A stretch of DNA of 64,000 nucleotides from a candidate division WOR-3 bacterium (GCA_037441285.1 JBBISL010000005.1:28869-92868), one strand, 5' to 3'; counted from the stretch's first letter, positions 36,649 to 45,626 are shown. Numbers and translations: made by a program. The notes: generated from the letters alone by a model not told the origin.

Positions 36649-37665
36649 ATGAAAAGGTTTACGCTACTGATTCTGGTCCTACTGGGCACGGTTCTTGCCC
36701 AGAGTCCGGACAAGGTTCGTGCGGAACTGCAGCGGACCGACGAGGTTATTGAACGGGCACGAGTTGTGGTTGAGCCGTCCGGTAATGAGGAAGCCCGGAC
36801 CGTGCTGAGAAGCGCAGTTGAGATTCAGAACAGCGCCTGGGAGGGGTATCGAGGTCGGCGTTATCGCTGGGCGTTGAGCCGAACCCTGGCGGCAAGGCAG
36901 CGCGCGTGGCAGGCGCTTGATATGGTGGTGAACAACCCGGAGCGGGTCCGGCAGGAGATAGAGCGGACCGCACAGTTGATGCAGGAGGCAGAGCCGCTGG
37001 TCAATCGGATTGAGGACCAGCGGGCGCAGGATTTGTGGCAGATGGCACGTTCGGAGCAGGCAGCGGCGGAAGACAACTATCGTGCCCGGCGCTACCGGAT
37101 GGCGCTGCGGTTCACAATCACCGCGCGCGAGCACATCGGGGCGGCGCTCAAACTGCTCCGGCAGGTACTGGCACCGGAAAGGGTGGAACTGGAACTGGAG
37201 CGGACCGAACGGGTTCAGGAACGGGCAAAGGGCCCGATTCAGGCGGCAAAGAATGTTCGGGCACAGGAGATGTTCCAGCGCGCCCTGGAGTGGCAGGTTC
37301 AGGCACGCAATCGGTTTCGGGAGCGGTTTTTCGGCAGGGCGCTGCGGTTGACCCTGGCGAGCCGGGATTTGACTTTGCGTGCCTGGGTATTGGTCAACAA
37401 GGATGTCAGCCCGGAACTTCTTGAGACTACGCTCAGTGAGACCGAGCGGTTGTTTGATTTGTGGTCTGAACAACTGGAGAAGGAGAAAAGCGGTGAAGCC
37501 CGGAGGTTGCTCTCTGAGGCGCGCAACCACCAGCAGACCGCCCGTGAACTGCAAAAGGCAGGAAAGTTAGCCGCGGCATTGCAGGAGGCGACGCAGGCAC
37601 AGCGGTTGATGAACCGGGCGCTTGAGGTTTTGGAAAGCGGAACACCTGCGCCCGATTCGGAATGA
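36649..37665 (+). CDS. Secreted all-helical protein with four ~75-aa internal repeats
   Basis: Signal peptide MKRFTLLILVLLGTVLAQ. Four Arg/Ala/Gln-rich repeats with a conserved YR-x-RRYR-x-AL-R core. No family recognised. Confidence 0.5.
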   Translation: MKRFTLLILVLLGTVLAQSPDKVRAELQRTDEVIERARVVVEPSGNEEARTVLRSAVEIQNSAWEGYRGRRYRWALSRTLAARQRAWQALDMVVNNPERVRQEIERTAQLMQEAEPLVNRIEDQRAQDLWQMARSEQAAAEDNYRARRYRMALRFTITAREHIGAALKLLRQVLAPERVELELERTERVQERAKGPIQAAKNVRAQEMFQRALEWQVQARNRFRERFFGRALRLTLASRDLTLRAWVLVNKDVSPELLETTLSETERLFDLWSEQLEKEKSGEARRLLSEARNHQQTARELQKAGKLAAALQEATQAQRLMNRALEVLESGTPAPDSE

Positions 37666-38903
37666 TTTACCTCTGGCTTTTAGTCGGGAGCCTTAACCCC
37701 CGGAATGAAATCGGCGTGAGCGGCGACTACTTCGCCCAGCGCTATGTTGTCATTGACACCGTAACGCGGGACACCAGCGCCCTTGACACCGAACTGCGGC
37801 TTTTCTGGGACTTCGGGCTGGAACCAAAGAAAACTGAGAAAATGGAGCGGGGCGAATGGAGCGCCGGCAACGGCGTTGCCTTTTCCACCCGTTCAATTCG
37901 CGACCGGCTCAATTTAAGCGGTACCCTACCGGTCAACTCCTGGCTACAACTGCAGGGTAACTATGACGGTGAACTGCGCTACTACCACCCGGGTTTTTTA
38001 CTGAAGACCGATTCGGTCTCTTATGCCTCTTATCTAAACAACAACCTGAGTCTGGGGGTTGATTTCACCTTGGGGTCAGGCTGGAACTTCAGTCTCAGTG
38101 AAGGGCTGGAACTGCAGCGCTATCTACCCGAAGACAGTTATAACACCAGTTATCTTTTGAATCGGGTTCGGCTCGGTGCCGAGTTGAAGCCGGATGATGG
38201 ACTGTTCTTTATTCTGGTCTATGGTAACAATCGGTTGCTCGTGCCGAGCGCCGACACGAACAACTATGCCGAGCACACCGTTTACGGTGGGGCCGAGGTT
38301 TACACAATGGGCGGCAGCCGGTTCGGGATTGACAACTACTTCACGAGGCGGCGCTATTGGGACCGGTTCCGCTCTTACTGGGAGGAGCATCCGAATGTGA
38401 CCTTTACCCAGGATTTGGGCACCGATTGGGCGCTGACGATTGAGGAGGATTTTCGGTTGACGGAGTTTGATGAGACCACCGCGGTTTATCAAAATCAGGC
38501 GGAGAATCAACTCAGGCTGGAAGCGGAGTGGCGGCTGGGTTCGAGTTTTGCCTTACGGTTTGGACCGCAATGGGAGTTGAGCCGGAATGTCGAGCGTGCG
38601 GATGAGCAGGACTACAACGAATGGGCTCTTTCCCTCGGCGGCGAGGTGTTTACGCGGACCGGGCTTAGTCTGACGATTGAAGACCGGCTGGGCATGCGGC
38701 ACTACATTGCCGCTGATTCCGGATTTCAGTCCGATTACCGATTCAATGAGTTCAATCTGTATGGCAACTGGCAGTTTCTCACCACCCGGCGCGGTGGTCT
38801 GGTTCTCGAAGGGATGATAAACATCGCACCGGAGTGGCACCGCGAGGCGATTGACAACCTTGCGGCGTTCAGTTACTCTTTGGGACTGAAGTTCCAATTC
38901 TGA
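37662..38903 (+). CDS. Outer-membrane beta-barrel protein (hypothetical)
   Basis: 4-nt overlap with the upstream gene. Alternating aromatic pattern. The C-terminus SLGLKFQF ends with Phe, as OM barrels typically do. Confidence 0.45.
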   Translation: MIYLWLLVGSLNPRNEIGVSGDYFAQRYVVIDTVTRDTSALDTELRLFWDFGLEPKKTEKMERGEWSAGNGVAFSTRSIRDRLNLSGTLPVNSWLQLQGNYDGELRYYHPGFLLKTDSVSYASYLNNNLSLGVDFTLGSGWNFSLSEGLELQRYLPEDSYNTSYLLNRVRLGAELKPDDGLFFILVYGNNRLLVPSADTNNYAEHTVYGGAEVYTMGGSRFGIDNYFTRRRYWDRFRSYWEEHPNVTFTQDLGTDWALTIEEDFRLTEFDETTAVYQNQAENQLRLEAEWRLGSSFALRFGPQWELSRNVERADEQDYNEWALSLGGEVFTRTGLSLTIEDRLGMRHYIAADSGFQSDYRFNEFNLYGNWQFLTTRRGGLVLEGMINIAPEWHREAIDNLAAFSYSLGLKFQF

Positions 38904-38977
38904 ACAAGGCGGTTTAGCACCGGCAGCGGATTGGTGACTGTGTTGACAGGGGAGACCTTTCGGCTAAATTTTGAGTA

Positions 38978-39760
38978 ATGGCGCGCCGGATTGCCATCTG
39001 TAATCAAAAAGGCGGCGTGGGCAAAACCACGACCGCGGTTAATCTGGCGGCGGCGCTTGCCCTGCGGAAGCCGCACACCCTTTTGGTTGATATGGACCCG
39101 CAGGCACACGCCACAATTGGGCTGGGGGTGGACCGCAGCAAGGTTCAGGTATCGGTTTACGAAGCTCTGCTGGAAGCCCAGCGCGTTGACGATGCGATTG
39201 TCCATAACCCGTTTCCCGGGATGGATTTACTGCCGGCGACCATCAACCTTGCCGGTGCCGAGGTGGAACTGGTGGATGCGGAACAGCGCGAGTTTCGGTT
39301 GAGTCGGGCGCTCGGCTTAATTGAACCCAAGTACTCGTTTATCATCATTGACTGCCCGCCTTCCCTTTTGCTCTTGACCATCAACAGTTTGACCGCAGCG
39401 CGCGGGGTGATTATCCCGGTCCAGGCGGAGTACTACGCCCTCGAAGGGATGTCAAGACTTTTAGAGACGCTCAATTTGGTGCGCACCAGTCTCAACCCCC
39501 TACTCGAGATTGAGGGGGTGCTCTTGACGATGTTTTCCAGCCGGCTCAACCTCTGTCAGCAGGTGGAGAAGGAGGTGCGGGAGTTTTTCAAGGAGCAGGT
39601 GTTTGACACGGTGATACCGCGCAGTGTCCGACTTGCCGAAGCGCCCAGTTTTGGCAAGCCCATCTTCGCCTACGACGGGCAGTCGGCTGGTGCCCAGTCC
39701 TATCTGGCGCTGGCGGATGAACTGCTTGCCCGCTACGAGAAGAAAGAGGAGGAAAAATGA
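38978..39760 (+). CDS. parA: ParA/Soj chromosome-partitioning ATPase
   Basis: Deviant Walker A KGGVGKTTTAVNLAAALA, with full-length ParA motifs. Confidence 0.9.
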   Translation: MARRIAICNQKGGVGKTTTAVNLAAALALRKPHTLLVDMDPQAHATIGLGVDRSKVQVSVYEALLEAQRVDDAIVHNPFPGMDLLPATINLAGAEVELVDAEQREFRLSRALGLIEPKYSFIIIDCPPSLLLLTINSLTAARGVIIPVQAEYYALEGMSRLLETLNLVRTSLNPLLEIEGVLLTMFSSRLNLCQQVEKEVREFFKEQVFDTVIPRSVRLAEAPSFGKPIFAYDGQSAGAQSYLALADELLARYEKKEEEK

Positions 39761-40635
39761 GCGACAGCGCCCAGGAAAAGCGTCGGGCATTGGGTAAGGG
39801 AATTCGCGCCATCATTCCCGAGCGGACCCAGGCATCGCTGGCAGCGGAGTTCCGGCCCATTCCGGTTGAGGAGATTCGGCCCAACCCGTTTCAGCCCCGG
39901 ACAATGAAGGAGCCAGAAAACGACCCGAAATTTCAGGAACTGGTGGCGTCAATCAAGGAGAAAGGGGTTTTGCAACCGGTGGTGGTGCGCCGGCGCCGGG
40001 ACGGATATGAACTGGTGGCGGGTGAGCGGCGCTGGCGCGCGGCAAAGGCGGCAGGATTGACAACCGTGCCCGCGGTGGTGCGGGCGGTTGAGGACCGGGA
40101 GATGCTGGAGCAGGCGCTGGTGGAAAACCTGCAGCGCGAAGACCTGAACCCGATTGAAGAGGCGCTTGCCTACAAAAAACTGGTCGATGAGTTTCACTTG
40201 ACCCATGAGGAGGTTGCGCGGCGGGTCGGCAAGGACCGCTCCACGGTAACCAATGTGATGCGGCTCTTGACGCTGCCCTTCCGGGTGCGGGATGCGCTTG
40301 CCGCCGGTTTAATCACGCCGGGGCATGCCCGGGCGCTCTTGAGCATCAACAGCCGGCGCGAACAGGTGGAGTTGTGCGAGCGGGTGATAAATGAAGGGCT
40401 GTCGGTGCGGGCACTTGAAGGGTTGTGTGGCGGGGGGAAACGGCGCGTCCGGGTGCAGGAAAAGGAAAAGGATGTCCACATCAAAGAACTGGAAGAGGCG
40501 CTGCAAGCGCTGTTTCAGACCCGGGTCACAATCTTCCCCGCCGCCGGTGAGAAAAAACCGGGCAGGGTGGTGATTGAGTTCTTTTCCGAAGACGACCTGA
40601 ACCGCATTGTCAAAATTCTGAAAAGACAACCGTAA
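39757..40635 (+). CDS. parB: ParB/Spo0J partition protein
   Basis: ParB box GERRWRAA with an HTH, and a C-terminal dimerisation region. 4-nt overlap with parA. Confidence 0.9.
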   Translation: MSDSAQEKRRALGKGIRAIIPERTQASLAAEFRPIPVEEIRPNPFQPRTMKEPENDPKFQELVASIKEKGVLQPVVVRRRRDGYELVAGERRWRAAKAAGLTTVPAVVRAVEDREMLEQALVENLQREDLNPIEEALAYKKLVDEFHLTHEEVARRVGKDRSTVTNVMRLLTLPFRVRDALAAGLITPGHARALLSINSRREQVELCERVINEGLSVRALEGLCGGGKRRVRVQEKEKDVHIKELEEALQALFQTRVTIFPAAGEKKPGRVVIEFFSEDDLNRIVKILKRQP

Positions 40636-41388
40636 GTGGCACGCAAAGAGATTACCGTTTTCATCTTTGGCAACTACACACCCAACTCGCTACGCTTCAG
40701 CCTCTCGCTCGGACTGGCGCGCTTTCTGTTTGTCGTGCTCGTGTTTATGACGGTGATGCTGTTCGTTGCGTTCGGACTCGTGGCGTCCGGGGCGTACCGA
40801 TTCAGCCGGATGGTGTATCTGGCGCGGCGCAACCGGCAACTGGAACAGGAGTTCAAAAAGGTGACGGCGCTCCAAGAGCGGCTCGAGTTTCTTGAAAAGG
40901 AGCGGGAGAAACTGGCAAAGATGCTCGGGGTTGACCTGACACCACCACCGGTGAACTGGCAGACCGGAATGGTTGACTCAGCCGGCGTGCCCGACTGGGT
41001 CAAAAATCAACCCTGGGGCAGTCAACCGCTGCCGGTACTGGTGCCGGTGAGCGGCTATGTGGTCTCACGCGGGGCGAGTGTTGAGCATATGGCGATTGAC
41101 TTTGCCTGCCAGAAAGGCAGTTTAGTGCGGGCAACGGCCGATGGGATTGTTCTGGAAAAGGGGGTTGACAAACAGTTCGGCAGATACCTCCTTTTACGCC
41201 ACGAAAAGGGCTACGACAGTTACTATGGACATCTCGAAAACTGGCTGGTCCAGCGCGGGGACACGGTCAAGGTGGGTGCGATTATCGGTAAGGTCGGGAT
41301 GACCGGACAGGCAAGTGCGCCCCATCTCCACTTTGAAATCAGAAAAAATGGCAAACCGATTGACCCGGCAACGCTCCTGAAACTGTAA
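40636..41388 (+). CDS. M23/LytM-family peptidase with N-terminal TM and coiled coil (EnvC-like)
   Basis: HMAIDFA...GYDSYYGHL...APHLHFEI matches the HxxxD / HxH zinc ligand pattern of M23. GTG start. Confidence 0.8.
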   Translation: MARKEITVFIFGNYTPNSLRFSLSLGLARFLFVVLVFMTVMLFVAFGLVASGAYRFSRMVYLARRNRQLEQEFKKVTALQERLEFLEKEREKLAKMLGVDLTPPPVNWQTGMVDSAGVPDWVKNQPWGSQPLPVLVPVSGYVVSRGASVEHMAIDFACQKGSLVRATADGIVLEKGVDKQFGRYLLLRHEKGYDSYYGHLENWLVQRGDTVKVGAIIGKVGMTGQASAPHLHFEIRKNGKPIDPATLLKL

Positions 41389-41632
41389 AATCGGGCTTAA
41401 GCACAGAAACAGCGGTTTATTTTACGGCGATGGGTGCCTTATCTTTTAGACCCCAATTTCCCGCCCTTTTAACGCTCTGTTAACTCATTGAAATCCTGTT
41501 GATTACCGCAGGGGGTACGGTATAGGTAACGACCCTCTGGGTCGTTCCGGGGGTAGTATTCAGGGCTCTCTTTTGTCTGGCTAATAAGGTGGAATCGGTG
41601 GCGACTTTTTCGGCTGATGCCGTTTTTATGGT

Positions 41633-42076
41633 TTGGAACCTGCCCGATTTTTACTCCGGCGCGGGCGGTGTTTATCGAGTGGTATAAAAAAAGCGGCTTA
41701 TCAGAAGATTGGCGAAAGGTTGCGGTGGTATGCAAGTAAACGGGGGTTTGAGTATCGAGCGCTGCGCATTACCAATGCGACGAAACGCTGGGGGTCTTGT
41801 TCACAGAACAAAACTCTTAACTTCACCTGGCGACTGGTGATGGCACCGTTACCGGTGCTCGACTATGTTGTAGTGCATGAACTGGTTCATCTGGAAGAGA
41901 GGAGACATAATAAAAATTTCTGGAGTATTGTGAAGATGCTGATACCGGATAGTGAAAGATGTGAAGAATGGTTAAAGACGAACGGGTATTTGTTGAATTT
42001 GTCGGGATTTTTGCAAAGGCTTATAGCCGCACGGTGGGCAGTGCGTTTTATAGAGGAAGAAAAGGGTGCGAGTTGA
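41633..42076 (+). CDS. YgjP-like metal-dependent hydrolase (DUF45/M48-like, HExxH)
   Basis: WGSCSQNKTLNFTWRLVMAPLPVLDYVVVHELVHLEE matches the YgjP family core. TTG start, with an in-frame stop at 41615 upstream. Confidence 0.6.
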   Translation: MEPARFLLRRGRCLSSGIKKAAYQKIGERLRWYASKRGFEYRALRITNATKRWGSCSQNKTLNFTWRLVMAPLPVLDYVVVHELVHLEERRHNKNFWSIVKMLIPDSERCEEWLKTNGYLLNLSGFLQRLIAARWAVRFIEEEKGAS

Positions 42077-42121
42077 CAGGGGCGAAGTTGCGGGTAGAAT
42101 GGAAGGAGAACCAAAAAGGAG

Positions 42122-42912
42122 GTGCGTTTGTTGAAGTTCGTTAAGGTTGGTGCAATGGCGCTTTTGCTGTTGGCACCGGCTTTGGTAATGGCTTGGCCCC
42201 AACCCGGCGACCCCGCTCCGGATGTTTCAGTTCCGGACACCGCCTGGGTTACACATCTTGTGCCTTCGGAGTACCGGGGGCATGTTGTCCAGCTCTTTTT
42301 CTGGCAGTCCACCTGACCAGGTTGTCTCGCGAGTTGCCGCGAATCCAGGCAATGTATGATGAGTATGGCGCTCAGGGTTATCTGCCTTTGGGAATAAATC
42401 TGTTTCAGGATATGAATTCGGTGGTGAAGGTTTATGCCCGGCAGTACACCTATCCGTTTTTCCGTGACGGCGGTCCTGCCTGGAGCGCCTATCGGATGAA
42501 TGGTTATATCCCGCTGAACTATGTGATTGATACCGCGGGCATCGTGGTCGGGTCAATGGAAGGTTTTGATGAGGCGACGGTGCGGAGCTGGATTGAGCCG
42601 TATCTGACCGGTGTGAAGGAGGAGAAGAGGTCAGCGGTGCCGGAGCTGGTGCGCGTTTTCCCGAACCCGGCAGGGATGAGTCAAAGGCTGAGTTTCAGTT
42701 TGCCCGCCGCAAGTCCGGTTACGGTGCGGGTCTATGCCGCTTCCGGGGAACTGGTGCGCACGGTGTTTTCCGGTACGCTGACAGCGGGCAATCAGTCGGT
42801 GGTCTGGAATCTAACCGATGATGGGGGTAAGTCGGTGCCGAATGGTCTTTACTTTTACGAGGTTGCCGCTGGTGCCAGTAGCGTACGGATGAAGGCGTCA
42901 GTTTTGCGATAG
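42122..42912 (+). pseudogene. TlpA/ResA-like thioredoxin-fold oxidoreductase with T9SS CTD; in-frame TGA at the first CxxC cysteine plus a 1-nt frameshift 10-15 nt later (candidate selenoprotein with an indel, or a pseudogene)
   Basis: Frame A gives a signal peptide then ...APDVSVPD...YRGHVVQLFFWQST-TGA-PGCL. Frame B continues (A/R)ELPRIQAMYDEYGAQGYLPLGIN...YIPLNYVIDTAGIVV. Restoring one G in GCGAG (42329-42333) gives FWQST-U-PGCLAELP, which matches FWASWCxPCRAEMP. The C-terminus NGLYFYEVAAGASSVRMKASVLR is a T9SS CTD. Confidence 0.5.
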
Positions 42913-42929
42913 CGCAAACGGGTTTTAAA

Positions 42930-42958
42930 GGGCGTCCGATTTTCGGGCGCCCTTTTTT
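42930..42958 (+). terminator. Rho-independent terminator
   Basis: GGGCGTCCG / CGGGCGCCC 9-bp stem (one G-U pair) with a 5-nt loop, followed by TTTTTT. Confidence 0.55.
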
Positions 42959-42993
42959 GTTGACCGGTTTTGAGAGGTTTTTAGAATAGTGGT

Positions 42994-44241
42994 GTGAAAA
43001 GGTTGCTGATTTTTAGCCTGATTTTTCTTGCGGTTGTAACCGGGTGCCGGACCAAGTCGAAGCGGGTCACGGTGCGGTTCTGGCATGCGATGGGTGGTGA
43101 GGCGCAGAAGACCTTGAAGGCGATGGTTGAGCGGTTTGAGAAGGAGAATCCGGACATTCGTATTGAACTAGTGGGGATGGGGAATTACGATGCGCTGGCG
43201 CAGAAGTTGCTGGGCGCGGTGGCGGTGCAGAGTCCACCAACAATTGCCCAGATGTATGAGAACTGGACAACGCAGTTGTTTGCCGCGGGCGAACTGGAGT
43301 TTTTAGAGGATTATATGAACGGTCCTGAGGGGTTGAGTGCAGAGGAGCGGGCTGATATTTATCCTCGGTTGCTGGAGAACAATCGCTGGGAGGGGAAGAT
43401 TTTAACCCTGCCGTTTAATAAGAGTGTGCCGGTTTACTATTACAATGTGAATATGTTGAAGGCGGCGGGTTATGATTCGTTTCCGGGTACCTGGGAGGAG
43501 TTTCGCAGGATGTGTCGTCAGGTGGTGCGGCGGAATGAGCGGGGCGAGGTTGAGGTGTGGGCAACGGCAAACGGGACCGATATCTGGATTTTTGGCTCGA
43601 TGCTGTTTCAGCGGGGCGGCAGGTTTTTAGACCAGGAGGATGGCAAACCTGAGTTTAACGGTCCGGTCGGGGTTGAGGTTTTGCGGTTTCAGGTGGATTT
43701 GATTTACCGGGACAGTGTGCAGACAACAGTGACGGGCCGGAATCCGATGGACGACTTTCTGGTGGGAAGGATAGCAACCCTGACCGGCAGTTCAACCTGG
43801 CGGGCACCAGTGGTTGATAAGGAGAGTTTTCCGGTGGGGATGGCACCGGTGCCAGTTTGGGGTAAGGAGCGGGCGGCGATTATCTACGGGACGAACATCG
43901 GGATGTTTAAGCGGGCAAAGCCGGAGGAGAAGAGGGCGGCGTGGCGGTTTATTAAGTGGTTTATTGCGCCCGAGCAGCAGGTGGAGTGGTCTTTGGGTAC
44001 CTGGTATGTGCCGATTCACCGCCGATGTCTTGACGACCCGCGGCTTAAGGAGCGGCTGGAAAAGACACCGGGTTTGCGCGCGGCGTATGAGCAGATGGAG
44101 TTCGGGGTATTTGAGCCGCGCGGGCTAAAGTGGCTTGCCGGCAGGAAGGCGCTGGTTGAGGAGCTGGAGGCGGCAACGCTTGGCATCAAAACGCCCGAGC
44201 AGGCGCTGAACGATGCTGCCCGGCGTTATCAGGCTCAGTAG
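42994..44241 (+). CDS. ABC transporter extracellular solute-binding lipoprotein (family 1, sugar type), orphan
   Basis: Lipobox VVTGC. Family-1 SBP length and motifs. No permease or ATPase genes adjacent. Confidence 0.75.
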   Translation: MKRLLIFSLIFLAVVTGCRTKSKRVTVRFWHAMGGEAQKTLKAMVERFEKENPDIRIELVGMGNYDALAQKLLGAVAVQSPPTIAQMYENWTTQLFAAGELEFLEDYMNGPEGLSAEERADIYPRLLENNRWEGKILTLPFNKSVPVYYYNVNMLKAAGYDSFPGTWEEFRRMCRQVVRRNERGEVEVWATANGTDIWIFGSMLFQRGGRFLDQEDGKPEFNGPVGVEVLRFQVDLIYRDSVQTTVTGRNPMDDFLVGRIATLTGSSTWRAPVVDKESFPVGMAPVPVWGKERAAIIYGTNIGMFKRAKPEEKRAAWRFIKWFIAPEQQVEWSLGTWYVPIHRRCLDDPRLKERLEKTPGLRAAYEQMEFGVFEPRGLKWLAGRKALVEELEAATLGIKTPEQALNDAARRYQAQ

Positions 44242-44972
44242 CGCACCGATTCGAGGATGAGCCCGTTGGCAGGTGCGGTCGGGAAGGAACGATGCGCCCT
44301 ACCGGCAAGGGCAGCACGGATTTGTTGCTTTGTGAGGCGGCACGCCGCATAAGCGACCATTGCCCCCACAATTCGGCGCACCATTTTGTAGAGGAAGCGG
44401 TCACCCTGGATAAAAATGGTTATCTGGTCGTGAGCGGTTTTTATCCGGATTGAGAAAATCTGGCAGACGCCGTTCGGTTCCCGGGTGTGGCAGAAGGGGT
44501 TGTAGTCGCGTTTGCCGAGAAAGAGGTGGGCGGCAGATTTGAGTCGGTCAAGGTTTAAGGGGTAAGGGTATTCCCAGGCATAGCGGCGGCGGAGTGGTGA
44601 GCGGTTGAGGACAATGGCGTAGGAGTAGGTTTTGGCTCGAGCCGAGTAACGGGCGTGGAATTCAAGGGGAACGGGTTCGGCAGATTTCACGAAGATGTCA
44701 CGGGGTAGATAGAAGTTGAGCGCCGGCGCAATCTTTTTTACCGGGAGCGCAGAGTCGGTGAAGAAGTTGGCAATGTAGTTGCGCGCCGAGACCCCGGCAT
44801 CGGTGCGGCTGCAGCCGTAGATTTCGGTGGCGGTGCCGAACAGCTTTTGGAGGGCATTCTGGAGTTCGGCCTGAATGGTTGGTGTGTTGGGCTGAATCTG
44901 CCAGCCGTAGTAGTTTGTGCCGTCAAATTCAATTGTCAGCCGGATGTTGCGCAGGAGAGTGGTTTGGCTCAT
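44235..44972 (-). CDS. truA: tRNA pseudouridine(38-40) synthase
   Basis: IEFDGTNYYGWQIQP and catalytic RTDAGVSA motif. Length 245 aa. Confidence 0.85.
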   Translation of the reverse strand: MSQTTLLRNIRLTIEFDGTNYYGWQIQPNTPTIQAELQNALQKLFGTATEIYGCSRTDAGVSARNYIANFFTDSALPVKKIAPALNFYLPRDIFVKSAEPVPLEFHARYSARAKTYSYAIVLNRSPLRRRYAWEYPYPLNLDRLKSAAHLFLGKRDYNPFCHTREPNGVCQIFSIRIKTAHDQITIFIQGDRFLYKMVRRIVGAMVAYAACRLTKQQIRAALAGRAHRSFPTAPANGLILESVRY

Positions 44973-44975
44973 CGG

Positions 44976-45626
44976 TCAGAAGACAAAGGAGAAAATGGTG
45001 CACAGGGCAGCAGGGATGAGGAGAAAAAGGTCGGTAATAAAGAGTTTTAACCGGCGGTCGGAAGGGTTGAGAGAGATTGGGGTTTGGTTCAGGCACTGGT
45101 GCTGTGCCAGTTGGAGGCGTCGGGCGATGGCGTCGGGAAGCTGACGCAGTTCCGGGATGCGGATGTCGGCGAAGATGGGGACAAGTTGCAGGGTGGTGGT
45201 CAAGAGTGAGGCGAGTTGTTTGCCAAAGATGTTGTGGAAGAAGTCAAGGAGTTCGGGTTGCGGACAGGCGGTGACGAGGATAGCGGTTAGTAAAACACCC
45301 CAGATAAGACGGTAGGAGATGAGGATACCATTGAGGGCGCCCGGGGTACTGAAGAGATTAAGGAGTTTGGGTTTGGGTCCGAGCAGGGCGTTAGAGAGTA
45401 CGAGCGCGGGCGCCAGCCAGATGAAGGTACGCAGGGGGATAATGTTTTTGCGAGTTGGTTTAAGCATAATGTAGAGGTAGAGGATGAGCAGCGCCGAGAC
45501 GGCAATCTCGAGTTCGTGGTTGATGGTTAAGAGTCCGGGAAGGGAGAAGAGAAGCGTGCCGATTCGGCCCGAGACCGAGAAGCGTTGATGGTTTGTCAGA
45601 CTTCTTTTTTCGCTTTTTGCGCACAC
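44976..45626 (-). CDS. Hypothetical polytopic membrane protein
   Basis: Several hydrophobic segments. Its 5' end overlaps the dksA/traR-like gene by ~30 nt, so the true start may be internal. No family recognised. Confidence 0.3.
   Translation of the reverse strand: MCAKSEKRSLTNHQRFSVSGRIGTLLFSLPGLLTINHELEIAVSALLILYLYIMLKPTRKNIIPLRTFIWLAPALVLSNALLGPKPKLLNLFSTPGALNGILISYRLIWGVLLTAILVTACPQPELLDFFHNIFGKQLASLLTTTLQLVPIFADIRIPELRQLPDAIARRLQLAQHQCLNQTPISLNPSDRRLKLFITDLFLLIPAALCTIFSFVF

Noticed and set aside
42311-42322. Tiny hairpin ACCTG-AC-CAGGT overlapping the TGA, considered as a frameshift-stimulating structure
   Set aside because: A 2-nt loop is not stable and there is no slippery heptamer upstream. 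The observed frame change is 10-15 nt downstream and better explained by a single-base indel.
44976-45626. lspA expected next to ileS-dksA
   Set aside because: The membrane ORF lacks the LspA boxes (NxGAAFS, GNxxDR, FNxAD), so the synteny-based call was not made.
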